This document shows positions 38,941-49,174 of a stretch of 64,000 nucleotides of DNA, one piece after another. The translations under genes were made by a program, and so were the position numbers. The DNA is from Candidatus Heimdallarchaeota archaeon (GTDB taxonomy: Archaea > Asgardarchaeota > Heimdallarchaeia > Heimdallarchaeales > Heimdallarchaeaceae). The DNA is taken from contig JAUVXV010000002.1 of the NCBI GenBank assembly GCA_030603365.1, forward strand, positions 128,001 to 192,000, read 5' to 3'. Each line of letters opens with the position of its first letter. Positions within the stretch are counted from its first letter, which is position 1. Under the pieces are notes generated by a model. The model saw nothing but the letters and a program-made list of their open reading frames with translations. It was not told the DNA's origin and did no database searches.

Positions 38941-40308
38941 ATGAAATACTTTGAAATGAGTGCAGTATTAGCAGAACAATCAATAAAAAATCGTTCTTTA
39001 ACTATTGCTGTTTTTGGTCAAGGAAAAATGGGTCTCCCTATTAGTGTAGTTTTCTTAGAAGCTGGTTACAAAGTCGTAGGTGTTGATATTAATCCAGAAC
39101 TTGTGGAAAATCTCAACAAAGGTTTAGTTCCTGAAATTAGAGAACCTGGAGTTATAGAAGGGATTAGAAAAGGAATCGAATCGACTAGATACTATGCAAC
39201 CATGTCTATAGAACAAGCACTCGAAGATGCAGACATTATCGTGATTATTATTCCTATAATTGTTGATGATGATAAAATTCCCAACCTTAATCCACTTACT
39301 GAGTTAATGGAAAAGATTGGTAGCAATCTGAAGAAGGGTCATATACTCATTCAAGAAACCACCTTACCCATTGGAACAACTGAAGATGTTATTCTTCCTA
39401 TTTTGGAAATTCATTCTGGCCTAACTGCTGGAGTTGATTTTGGTTTAGGTTTCTCTCCTGAACGAACATATAGTGGTAGAGTTCTAAAAGATATTACTGA
39501 AAATTATCCCAAGATTATTGGAGGTATTAATCTAAAAAGCACTGATAGGATGGCTCTTTTCTACAGTTCTTTCGTACAGAAAGGAGTGATTGAAACGAGT
39601 TCAGCAAAGACTGCTGAAACCGTCAAAGTATTCAAGGGTGTATATAGAGACATAAATATCGCTATTGCTAATGAACTTGCAAAGATTGCTGAAAAACTAG
39701 ATGTTGATTTTTATGAAGTAAGAAAAGCTGTTAATTCAGAGCCTTCTGGTAACCTATTACTTCCTGGAGCTGGAGTAGGAGGACACTGTATTCCTGTTTA
39801 TCCTCATTTCCTTATTCAAACCGCTAAGAATCTTGGTGTCAAACCCACGATAATTCAAGCTGGAAGAGAAGTAAATATGTCAATGCCCCAACATGTTATA
39901 AATAAAATTATTCAGGGTTTGACCTACTTAGATAAGGACATTAAAACATCTAAAATTGCTTTACTTGGATTATCGTATCGTGGCAATGTAAAAGAACATC
40001 GTTATTCCCCTAGCATTGACATAATTCGTATCCTAAATGATGATCAACTCAATGTCTATCTACATGACCCTCTTTACAAACCAGAGGAAATAAAAGAAAT
40101 TGTTTCTGTGAATTTCAGTGAAAATTTAGAAGAAGTACTTACTGAAGCTGATTGTATTATCCTTTTGGCAGATCACAAAGATTATGAAAAATCATTAGTT
40201 AGCAAAATGGAATCTTTGGCAAACAAACCTTATATTTTCATAGATACAAGGAACATTTACGAAATAGAAGAAACTGAAGAAAGGAAGGTCTATAGAATCG
40301 GTGTTTGA
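38941..40308 (+). CDS. UDP-N-acetylhexosamine 6-dehydrogenase (WecC/WbpA/WbpO family)
   Basis: GQGKMG, ETTLPIGTT, FSPER, PGAGVGGHCIPVYP, LGLSYRGNVKEHRYSP. Confidence 0.9.
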   Translation: MKYFEMSAVLAEQSIKNRSLTIAVFGQGKMGLPISVVFLEAGYKVVGVDINPELVENLNKGLVPEIREPGVIEGIRKGIESTRYYATMSIEQALEDADIIVIIIPIIVDDDKIPNLNPLTELMEKIGSNLKKGHILIQETTLPIGTTEDVILPILEIHSGLTAGVDFGLGFSPERTYSGRVLKDITENYPKIIGGINLKSTDRMALFYSSFVQKGVIETSSAKTAETVKVFKGVYRDINIAIANELAKIAEKLDVDFYEVRKAVNSEPSGNLLLPGAGVGGHCIPVYPHFLIQTAKNLGVKPTIIQAGREVNMSMPQHVINKIIQGLTYLDKDIKTSKIALLGLSYRGNVKEHRYSPSIDIIRILNDDQLNVYLHDPLYKPEEIKEIVSVNFSENLEEVLTEADCIILLADHKDYEKSLVSKMESLANKPYIFIDTRNIYEIEETEERKVYRIGV

Positions 40309-40309
40309 G

Positions 40310-41011
40310 TTACATTTGCCATCTTACAACTTCGAATGCTTCTGCATATCTAGCTCTTATTTGAGTACCTCTAACTGCAGCTAATCCTCTAGCATATTCT
40401 TCACTGAAATATTGTCTATACATTTCCATTTGAGATTTGTAAAATTGTAAAATTTCTATTTTTGAACGCACGTGATCTTCAGTTAATTCAACAAACAACT
40501 GTGTGTTAAATTCAATATGATTCCACGGAAGTTCATAGCAGATTATAGAAGAATGAGTCTTGAATGCTCTAATCATCTCATTTGCCACAACTTGGTGATC
40601 TTGATGGAAATCATGAATTGAAGGTCCAATTACTAAATCAGGTTGGTAATTCTGCCTTACTTTAACAAGGTGATCCAATATTTCTTGCCGATAATCTGGA
40701 AGCTTTCTAACTTCATAGGAAAATATTTCTTTTTTGATTGTCAATATGAATTTGTTTTCTAAATATCCTATCACATCAAGGAACTCATTTCTCAGAGTAT
40801 TCTTATCCACTCCTTCTGGTAATGACTTCTCAGCTGTTGAAAAAACCATCCAGTATGTATCCCAGCCATTTTCCATGAGTTTGCTAAGTGTGCCACCTGC
40901 GCCTAGTTCAACATCATCAGTATGCGGACTTAAAACTAAAACTTTCATTAAGATAATATTTACTAAATGTTTTAAAAACTTTAAGACTAAAAACGAGTCA
41001 AAACCTATCAT
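40310..41011 (-). CDS. PIG-L/LmbE family N-acetylhexosamine deacetylase; likely start at MKVLVLSPH
   Basis: SPHTDDVELGAGG, HQDH, YKSQ, YAEAFE. Confidence 0.9.
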   Translation of the reverse strand: MIGFDSFLVLKFLKHLVNIILMKVLVLSPHTDDVELGAGGTLSKLMENGWDTYWMVFSTAEKSLPEGVDKNTLRNEFLDVIGYLENKFILTIKKEIFSYEVRKLPDYRQEILDHLVKVRQNYQPDLVIGPSIHDFHQDHQVVANEMIRAFKTHSSIICYELPWNHIEFNTQLFVELTEDHVRSKIEILQFYKSQMEMYRQYFSEEYARGLAAVRGTQIRARYAEAFEVVRWQM

Positions 41012-42249
41012 TTTAGCTCTTTTTTCACTATATTTGCATATTTTATAGCTAAGTTGAATCTGCCATATTCTGTTAATTTTGTTTTATTACAACCATATTC
41101 AAGTTCGGTGTTTTTCCATTTTTTAAAGAGATTATCTAAAACTTTAGTTATTGAGTCTGCTTTACCTTCAACAAGACTATACTTTTGTTCAATGACATCA
41201 CACCAATCAGAAATTTCTCCTTTACCGCCTATAATCAATATATGGGAGTTTCCTACTGCATAATCATAGATTTTTGTAGCTAATGCGTATTCTACTGATG
41301 ATGGAACAAATACAAAATTTAAGTGTGATTTTTGTATTTCTTCAATTAAGGTTTTTCCTTCCAAATGTCCTAAATCCTCGAAATAAGGAAGTAAATCTCC
41401 TCTAGCAAGATCTCTATGTATAGCTGTTCGTGATGTGAGTCCTGCGTACCTTATTGCAAGCTGTTCAGGATTGAGATTGTTTTTATCAATCATCTCTTTT
41501 AAACCCATAACAAACTCACTAAAGTAAGGTTTGTGTACTTTGTAGTAATTCCCAAAGTATGATATAGTAAATTTATCTTCTATTTTTGGAACTTCTTTAT
41601 CTGGTACATTTGATTCAAAATATCCATTTGGAATAATATGAAAAGTTTCCTTCTCAACACCTGAGCTATCTCCTAACAGCTGTGCGCACTCATTTCCTAC
41701 AGCTACGTTTATGCGTGCATGTCTTGTGATTTTGCTTTCAAGTTTTCTATGTCTTTTCCTAACAATAAATCTGGGAAGAGTAAATGTGGGATTTGATGTC
41801 CAAGGATCTCTATGGTCAACGATTAGAGGGATGTCGTATTTTTTTGACAGTTTATATCCAACAACTGCAGCTGAATAGGGTGGTAAAGTTACCATTATTG
41901 CATCAATTTCAAGTTCTTTCAGAGCTTTTTCTCCTACTTTCAATGCTCTTCGTATCCAAGGAAAGTAAAGATCAGGGAAAAATAGTAGTCTGTCTAGGTT
42001 AAATAATTCCAGACCAACTAGAATTTTGGTTTTATATCCGATTTTTCTAATCTGAGATTCTTTAGCTTGATAAATATCTGATAAGTTGTGATAATTTTTC
42101 AATTCTTCTAATTCTGAAATTTCTTGATTTGCAGTTAAAAGAGCAATATTGATTCCCTCCTCTACAAATACCTTGGTTATACTTGAAGCTCGATGACCTC
42201 CTACTGCTTTATCGGGAGGAAAAAAATAGGATATAAATAAAATTCTCAT
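41008..42249 (-). CDS. Glycosyltransferase family 4-like
   Basis: MRILFISYFFPP..GGHR, DHRDPW, IPNGY, KIYDY. Confidence 0.85.
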   Translation of the reverse strand: MRILFISYFFPPDKAVGGHRASSITKVFVEEGINIALLTANQEISELEELKNYHNLSDIYQAKESQIRKIGYKTKILVGLELFNLDRLLFFPDLYFPWIRRALKVGEKALKELEIDAIMVTLPPYSAAVVGYKLSKKYDIPLIVDHRDPWTSNPTFTLPRFIVRKRHRKLESKITRHARINVAVGNECAQLLGDSSGVEKETFHIIPNGYFESNVPDKEVPKIEDKFTISYFGNYYKVHKPYFSEFVMGLKEMIDKNNLNPEQLAIRYAGLTSRTAIHRDLARGDLLPYFEDLGHLEGKTLIEEIQKSHLNFVFVPSSVEYALATKIYDYAVGNSHILIIGGKGEISDWCDVIEQKYSLVEGKADSITKVLDNLFKKWKNTELEYGCNKTKLTEYGRFNLAIKYANIVKKELK

Positions 42250-42282
42250 TCCTTATCACTTCATCCTTTGGTAAGTTGTGAT

Positions 42283-43068
42283 TTATGGTCTTTTAAGGGG
42301 TTTTCCTGGATTACCGATTATAACAGAGTTATCAGGAACATCTCTAATAACAACAGTTCCTAAACCAATAAGAGCATCACTTCCAATAGTTATATTCTCT
42401 CTTATTGATGCATTAGGAGCAACCCAAACATTATCTCCTAAAGTTACGCTACCACTTACTTCAGCACATGCAATTATCAGACAATTCCTTCCTATTTTAA
42501 CTCCATGTGCTATATGAACTAAATTATCTATTTTTGTACCTTCACCTATTATAGTATCATTTAGAGCTCCTCTATCAACTACTACACATGAACCAATATC
42601 CACATTATCTTCAATTACTACTCCGCTTATCTGAGGGAATGTTACCCATTTGTTCTCTTTTTCATCCTTGACATATCCAAAACCTGGTTTGCCAATTACT
42701 GTGTTAGCATGAATAGTGACATTGTTTCCGATCTTCGTATCTCCATAGATTACAACATTTTGGTGCAAGGTGACGTTTTTTCCCAAAACAACATTTTCTC
42801 CAATACTAACGGTTGAATGAATAGAAGATTCTTTTTCGGGTAGATTTTTGTTAACAATTTTAGCAAAAGCTAATCTAGGATCATCAGAAATAATAAATTC
42901 CTCAGCTATATTTAGCAATTTCTTTATCTTTTCTGTCGTTACAATTGTAATGTTCTTTACTGCTCGTTCTTTATATGTTTGAAGGAATTTCTCTACGTAT
43001 TTTGGGGATTTTAAGAAAGTAATACACCCATCTTCCAACTGATCCATAGGTTTTGGATTAATCTTCAT
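42283..43068 (-). CDS. LpxD-like hexapeptide-repeat N-acyltransferase
   Basis: [47 protein letters not shown]. Confidence 0.85.
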   Translation of the reverse strand: MKINPKPMDQLEDGCITFLKSPKYVEKFLQTYKERAVKNITIVTTEKIKKLLNIAEEFIISDDPRLAFAKIVNKNLPEKESSIHSTVSIGENVVLGKNVTLHQNVVIYGDTKIGNNVTIHANTVIGKPGFGYVKDEKENKWVTFPQISGVVIEDNVDIGSCVVVDRGALNDTIIGEGTKIDNLVHIAHGVKIGRNCLIIACAEVSGSVTLGDNVWVAPNASIRENITIGSDALIGLGTVVIRDVPDNSVIIGNPGKPLKRP

Positions 43069-43133
43069 CTTAATTCCTTCTACAATGTCTATTATATTGT
43101 GATACTTAAAGTTTTTATTGATAAGATGAATAT

Positions 43134-43943
43134 TTGATAAGGTTAATAATGGTTTTGGAGATAGAAAGAGAAATAGATGCCAAATACTTCACAATTCCAT
43201 TTGATGAATTAGTTGAAGAAAACCCGGAATTAGCTATTTTTCTTACTTCCATTAAACCTGCAAAATTTGATTTAGGAAATACTGATGTTCTATCTAAGGT
43301 CAATAAATGTCTTTTCAAAAGTGTATTAGGACTAAATATTTCTGTGCCTGAAAAATATCTCATTCCTACTTTAGGTATAAGGTATGCTTATTGCGATACG
43401 ATCGTATCTTATGTTAATTCTAATCTCCCCTTCATAGAAATTGGTACAGGAGCAAGTGCAGCTATTGCACTTATTCTATCTAAGAAATATCAGAAAGAGG
43501 TTATAGCTACTGAATTGAATGAGTTATCTTTTTCTGCTGCTAAAAAAAATGTTGTCGCTAATCAATTAGAATCTTTTGTGAGCTTGTTAAAATCAGAAGG
43601 AGAAATTATTGAGAATCTTATTCCTGAAGGTAAATACGCCTCTTTACTTTGCTATCCACCACATTATGAACAGGATTTAACAAGACTTGAGAAAAAAAGA
43701 GGTTGGAAGGGAACATATGACGAGTTGATTGGTGGAGGAGAGGATGGTATGAATTTTACTAAGAATTTAATAGGTGAGGTATTTAACTCAAAAAAAGTTC
43801 AATTTGAAACTATATCTGTTATGCTAAATAATAGAAATCAAATTGAGAAAGTTCTATCACTTTTACCTGAAAAAGTAGAAAATAAAATCCTTCAATTAAA
43901 TGCTGGGACTAGGAAGCGTTTCATTCTTCTTCTTTATCCTTAA
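43134..43943 (+). CDS. RlmF/METTL16-like SAM-dependent methyltransferase
   Basis: [29 protein letters not shown] in place of [13 protein letters not shown]. Confidence 0.75.
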   Translation: MIRLIMVLEIEREIDAKYFTIPFDELVEENPELAIFLTSIKPAKFDLGNTDVLSKVNKCLFKSVLGLNISVPEKYLIPTLGIRYAYCDTIVSYVNSNLPFIEIGTGASAAIALILSKKYQKEVIATELNELSFSAAKKNVVANQLESFVSLLKSEGEIIENLIPEGKYASLLCYPPHYEQDLTRLEKKRGWKGTYDELIGGGEDGMNFTKNLIGEVFNSKKVQFETISVMLNNRNQIEKVLSLLPEKVENKILQLNAGTRKRFILLLYP

Positions 43944-45186
43944 AATCAGATGATGCCTTGCTTTCTAAGTATTTCAAGATTAGAAGTGATATCATTGATA
44001 CATATAGAATTACAGTTATTATCCAAGCTGAAATGTAAGTAAAGAGATTTGTTTGGTCATAAGTTAGAATATAATCTGCTGCGATCCCACCTGAAACAGT
44101 ACTTAGCAGAAATATTCCACTCACTAAACCTATATTTCCTTTCTTGAAAAGAGTGATGAAAATAAAGGGAAAAATTATCACAAAATAGGAAAATTGTATT
44201 TTTGGAAAGAATAAGAGAAAAGGCATCAATAATATCATTGTATCTTCGAAAGTCCATTTTTTCTTATCTAGAAGTAGAATTAAACTAAACAAACTTACGA
44301 AGAAAATTGTCACACCCAGAAAAACATAATTGCTTATAGATACATCTGCACTCTTGGTAAACAGATCAAAAAATGCTGATATACCCTGATTTCTAGCATT
44401 ATCAAGAGGGTAATTGAATTGTGCCTTGAAAGCTTCAGAATCAACAAAATAGAATGGGAGGTAAGTTGCTGTTATTCCTAAAAGTGCAAAAAACACCTGA
44501 AATAAACCTTTCCGAATATTCTTATTATAAATCAAGAACAAAGGTAGCAGAAGAATGGGAAAATACTTCAGACCTGCTCCTACGACTAAGGATAATGTAG
44601 CTAGATAATATTTCTCTTTTTCTAGAAGATATATTGGTAAAATTATCAGAAGCGGAACAATACATTCATCTGATCCCCAGAAAGTTACTAGATAAAGAAA
44701 ATAAGGATTTATTGAATAACAGAGTGCAATCCAGAATGACCGTTTATTTTTCTTTGCATCTAATATTTTGAATAATAACACTGCAGATAAAATCAGACAG
44801 ATTGAAAAAAATACTCTGAAAATATATGAAGAAAAGATCATGCTAGAAGAATCTAGATAGGTTGAATACAATAGATATTCAGCTGGAAATTGCCCAGTGA
44901 AAATCATGGATATCAAAACTATTGGAGCCCAAAGATATGGACTTAAAGGAGCAGCTTGTGTATAGAAGTCTCGATATGGAATATCACCTTTCAGAATACC
45001 AGTTCCTCTATTATAGAACACTAATTGATCGGAAATAAAGAGGTTATAGTCTGAATCAACAAAATATATGATTAGACCGTGAAGAACAATAATACATGAG
45101 TAGACAATTATAGAAACAGCTATTAGCTTTGATAGCTCACTCATTTTTAGCTTTCTTAATTGGGTATCTTGTTGTTGTTCTTCCAA
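43921..45186 (-). CDS. GT-C membrane glycosyltransferase (GT87/DUF2029, mannosyltransferase-like)
   Basis: SDQLVFY, GDIPYRDF...PLSPYLW, NPY, GSDE, KYFPILLLP. Confidence 0.75.
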   Translation of the reverse strand: MEEQQQDTQLRKLKMSELSKLIAVSIIVYSCIIVLHGLIIYFVDSDYNLFISDQLVFYNRGTGILKGDIPYRDFYTQAAPLSPYLWAPIVLISMIFTGQFPAEYLLYSTYLDSSSMIFSSYIFRVFFSICLILSAVLLFKILDAKKNKRSFWIALCYSINPYFLYLVTFWGSDECIVPLLIILPIYLLEKEKYYLATLSLVVGAGLKYFPILLLPLFLIYNKNIRKGLFQVFFALLGITATYLPFYFVDSEAFKAQFNYPLDNARNQGISAFFDLFTKSADVSISNYVFLGVTIFFVSLFSLILLLDKKKWTFEDTMILLMPFLLFFPKIQFSYFVIIFPFIFITLFKKGNIGLVSGIFLLSTVSGGIAADYILTYDQTNLFTYISAWIITVILYVSMISLLILKYLESKASSDFKDKEEE

Positions 45187-45255
45187 TAGCTTAACTCCTC
45201 TTATTGTATAGGGAAAAATTCAAAAGCTTCTAAATAAATATACTTCTGTAGCATT

Positions 45256-47211
45256 ATGAGGTCTAGTTCAGAATCCTTTAACATCCGTTCTAGTTTTCCA
45301 AAATGGGCACCTCTTATAAGTACTTTACTGTTAGCTGGTGTCACTTATGGAGTTCAACGTACATCTCTTGCTTTATATGCTGAGGAATTATCAGGATCAG
45401 ATATTACTGACATTTTTGTTTTCCTACAAATTGCTTCAACTATAATCGCTTATGGATTGTTTAAAGGTCTCGCTGGTTTTTTCAGTTCTAGACTAAGTTC
45501 TAAGTTTAAGCGAAAAAATACTATGAGAATTGGATTATCTTTGCTAGTTCTTGGTTCTATTTCTATAGTATTAGCACAATATATCAAACTTACTGGGTTG
45601 ATTATAGGTAATATTTTCATTGGTGCAGGTCTCGGTTTGTTTTTCACTGCGTCAATGTCAGCTTTAACTGAGATTGCAGGTTCTGAAGGTAGTGCTTTCT
45701 CTGTTGGATCTATGGAATTTTCTGTTTATCTTGGGTCAAGTATAGGGTCATTTTTCGCTGGGTTAATTGAAGACCTCCAATCAAATGCTTTTACAGCGAG
45801 TTTCATATTTGCATTAGTGGTTGCAGGAGTTGCAGTTACACTAGGTATAGTTTTGCTTAGAAAAGTTGAAACTGAAGAATTAGTCAAAGGTACTAAAGAA
45901 GCGATTTTATTGGATTCTACAAAAGTTGAAACTAAATGGAGAATCAGAAATATTTTCAGAACCCCAACTTTACTCCTATCTTATGTAGCAGGTCATTTTT
46001 CAAGAATAATGGATAGTATGATTGTTCTTTTACTTCCTATTTTAGTTAGTATGCCAGGTTATGATTTCACTCCCACACAAATAGGTCTTGTCATATCAGG
46101 ATTTACTTTGGCATGGGCATTATCAATGCCTATAACGGGAAGAATTAGTGATAGGTTCGGGAGAAAAGAAGCCATTATAATTGGGTTATTTATTGAAGGT
46201 GCTGCAATAATTCTCTTAACTTTCTCTAAAGAACCTATCTATGTAATTCTCCTAGCAATTTTAGCAGGTATTGGAACAGCTATTTATTATCCCAGCCTTC
46301 CTTCAATCACTAGAGATGTAGTTCCAATTGTAAAAAGAGAACAAAGTTTAGGTCTCTATCGTGCCTCTTTAGATTCAGGTTATTTTACTGGTCCATTAAT
46401 TGCTATGGGGTTGACTTTTGCTGCAACAAATCTCACCATTTGGAATAATACATCAGAAATAAGGCTAGAAAATCAACTGAAGTTTCCATTTCTGGTCATA
46501 GGAATAACTCTAGGAGTGATTGCTTTATCTTTTCTCTTCCTAGCAATGGAAACAAGACCAGGGTGGGTTCAAGCAAGTATTTCATTAAAACATAGTAATA
46601 AAGTCAAGGAGTTTTATGCTGAAATAAAGAAAGCATTCAATACTTACATCGAAGGTGAGAACGTTAAAAACTGCTCGAAAGCAATAGAGAAAGCAAAGAA
46701 TATAGAAAAAGAAGCTGATGATTTAGTAATGAAGGTAACGCAAGCATTGTATGGGAGTGTTCGTCCAGCACCTGATGATTATCATTTCTATAAAATAACC
46801 GATACCCTTGATTCTTCCATTGGTTTCACTTTACGATCAATTAGAAAATTAATACTAATTCCAAGAGAAAAACTTCCAAAATCCTTTATTAAATATCTGA
46901 GGAAAGAAAAAGTTCTGTTACTCAAGATGATATCGAAAGCTGTTGAGGTTCTAGAAGTAGTTTGTATTCAACCTCTTGCATCTCATCCTATTTTCGAGGA
47001 AGTTCACAAACTTGAAAATAGACTTGATATCAACAGCCAGGAAGGTCTAGCTATTGCAACTAAAGAATTAGGAAAACTTAATTCTGTAGAATCTATGTAT
47101 ATCATCCAAATTATTGAATCTCTGGAAATATCTGCTAATCTAATTGAAGATGCCGTTGATGTGATGAAGATTGTTGGTCTGAAATATCAAGTCAGACCAC
47201 TAAAATTGTAA
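45256..47211 (+). CDS. MFS transporter fused to a C-terminal DUF47/PhoU-like helical domain
   Basis: 12 TM with GRISDRFGRK motif A; about 210-aa C-terminal domain with IEKEADDL, HKLENRLD, SANLIEDAVD. Confidence 0.8.
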   Translation: MRSSSESFNIRSSFPKWAPLISTLLLAGVTYGVQRTSLALYAEELSGSDITDIFVFLQIASTIIAYGLFKGLAGFFSSRLSSKFKRKNTMRIGLSLLVLGSISIVLAQYIKLTGLIIGNIFIGAGLGLFFTASMSALTEIAGSEGSAFSVGSMEFSVYLGSSIGSFFAGLIEDLQSNAFTASFIFALVVAGVAVTLGIVLLRKVETEELVKGTKEAILLDSTKVETKWRIRNIFRTPTLLLSYVAGHFSRIMDSMIVLLLPILVSMPGYDFTPTQIGLVISGFTLAWALSMPITGRISDRFGRKEAIIIGLFIEGAAIILLTFSKEPIYVILLAILAGIGTAIYYPSLPSITRDVVPIVKREQSLGLYRASLDSGYFTGPLIAMGLTFAATNLTIWNNTSEIRLENQLKFPFLVIGITLGVIALSFLFLAMETRPGWVQASISLKHSNKVKEFYAEIKKAFNTYIEGENVKNCSKAIEKAKNIEKEADDLVMKVTQALYGSVRPAPDDYHFYKITDTLDSSIGFTLRSIRKLILIPREKLPKSFIKYLRKEKVLLLKMISKAVEVLEVVCIQPLASHPIFEEVHKLENRLDINSQEGLAIATKELGKLNSVESMYIIQIIESLEISANLIEDAVDVMKIVGLKYQVRPLKL

Positions 47212-47260
47212 TACCTTCATTTCGTTAAATTAAAAAGGAAGGAAGCATATTATTTATAAG

Positions 47261-49150
47261 ATGAAGAGAAAAATTCTGTTATTTGTCACTATTTTAATTT
47301 CTGCTAATTTATTACTAGTCACATCAATTAATCCAGGGACATATGCTAGTCATGTCAAGCAATTGGGTGGATTAGCTGATTATAGTCTGGATACTCCATT
47401 AACATTACAGATCGAATTTCTGGGATTTGATGACGGTTTAATAAACGAAACAGAGATTGAAAGTATGTTATCGTTACAGTTTTGGAAGGGTCAAACTGAC
47501 ATAGGAGAATCCTTGATGAGTTTTGATTTGCTTTTCAATTATGCATCTGAAGATGATTATGCTAATCTTAAATCATATATTGAAACTTACGGAACAAATG
47601 GGACAGGAGTAGGTTATGAACTAAATACAACACAATTGGATCAAGATTTAGCTTCAGGAGAAAGGAACAATATCCTCATACCGCAGGATGGTCTCCTCAT
47701 GGATGCCGAGTTGACTGAAGACTACATCTACAACAACCTATACACAGAGAATACAGAAAATCCAGGGTATACATTATTCTTTCTAAACTTCTCAAGTTTC
47801 GATTCAGAGGATCATAGCTTAGAACATTGGTATAAAACAACATCAACTGATTTTGATACAAACCTGACGATAGACACATGGTTTTCAGGCTATAGTGACA
47901 TTCCTTATGTTCCAACTCTAGGTTGGGGTGGTGACAATCGTTTTTGTTTCTTAGACCTTTCAGCTAGAACCTGGTATTATGATTGGATAGAAACAGCATG
48001 GGGAGATTTGGGAATGGGTAATTTCATTTATTATGATTATAGAGATTTAGACGAACTTGCTCAACTTGTTGACTTGTATTCTGATACAGGGAATTCAATT
48101 TTATCAGAATATATCGGTGACTATATTCAATCATATCTATTCAATGTTTTTTCAGGTTACTATTATCGTAACTCTATTGTAGAATCTTATTCACTGCAAG
48201 TGAAGGTTTTCAACAATTTAACAAATATAGGATACACCTATGAAGATATCAATTGGGTAATTTCAGAAACAAGAATAAAAGAACAACTTGTAAATGATTT
48301 TCCATGGATAGATTGGGTAATTGACATTGAATACGTAAATATCGCTGATTATCCTATTCTTGACGATTGGATTTCTGATAATATCCAATATGGACCTTCT
48401 GGACCATATGTTGAAATTATGAATGAATTCTTTTATCTGCTTGAAGATCAGTTGAATGATCATTTTGATTATACAGCTGCAGATACAGTTCTACCCTGTT
48501 ACTTCTTCCTGAATGATGAAGTTGGATTTGAATATTGGGGTATTCGATTTGCAGGATTGGGCGGAATGGGGTGGGAGATTCTTGTAGCTGATCAGCATGT
48601 TATTTTTGAATCAGGAAATCCTGATTTTCCAAGGCACGGGATGTCTGCTACAATGATTCACGAACTTGGGCACAGCCTAGGCTTTCCACATCCTCACAGT
48701 TCATATTATGGTTGGGGATCTTCATTCTTTGAAGAAGTAATGAATTATTTTTCAGCGGGTGAGGCGGGTTTTAGTGTATTTTACAGAGATGGACTAGGAC
48801 GCGCTCATAGTAATTATTTCTACAGTTACGCAGGATTACAATTGGATTTTGCTTTCGAAGATTTTGTAGATGCAGGTTCCCCAAATGAACTCGTTTCTTA
48901 CATTAATGATGCAGGAGTTCTGCACCAACAAGCTGCTACTAACTATTCTGATATGGAATATAATGCCTGTGTTCAGAAGTCCAAAGCAACTCTTGATGCT
49001 ATAGATTTGTTCTACTATTATCTGGATAACCCAGCAGAAACACCCACTCCAACACCAACAGTAACTGAAACAACAAATGCGATGAATATAATAATGATAG
49101 CAATTACAATATCTCTTTCATTACTTATCATGAGGAAAATGAGAAAGTAA
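47261..49150 (+). CDS. Secreted, membrane-anchored zinc metalloprotease (metzincin-like)
   Basis: Signal peptide, HELGHSLGFPHPH, Met-turn VMNY, TPTPTPT linker, C-terminal TM + RKMRK. Confidence 0.82.
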   Translation: MKRKILLFVTILISANLLLVTSINPGTYASHVKQLGGLADYSLDTPLTLQIEFLGFDDGLINETEIESMLSLQFWKGQTDIGESLMSFDLLFNYASEDDYANLKSYIETYGTNGTGVGYELNTTQLDQDLASGERNNILIPQDGLLMDAELTEDYIYNNLYTENTENPGYTLFFLNFSSFDSEDHSLEHWYKTTSTDFDTNLTIDTWFSGYSDIPYVPTLGWGGDNRFCFLDLSARTWYYDWIETAWGDLGMGNFIYYDYRDLDELAQLVDLYSDTGNSILSEYIGDYIQSYLFNVFSGYYYRNSIVESYSLQVKVFNNLTNIGYTYEDINWVISETRIKEQLVNDFPWIDWVIDIEYVNIADYPILDDWISDNIQYGPSGPYVEIMNEFFYLLEDQLNDHFDYTAADTVLPCYFFLNDEVGFEYWGIRFAGLGGMGWEILVADQHVIFESGNPDFPRHGMSATMIHELGHSLGFPHPHSSYYGWGSSFFEEVMNYFSAGEAGFSVFYRDGLGRAHSNYFYSYAGLQLDFAFEDFVDAGSPNELVSYINDAGVLHQQAATNYSDMEYNACVQKSKATLDAIDLFYYYLDNPAETPTPTPTVTETTNAMNIIMIAITISLSLLIMRKMRK

Positions 49151-49174
49151 TTTACTTTCTTTAATTTTCATTTT

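Noticed and set aside
42283-43068. Lipid A biosynthesis inferred from the LpxD-like gene
   Set aside because: The context is archaeal and no lpxA, lpxB, lpxC or lpxK is present; a sugar N-acyltransferase is more plausible.
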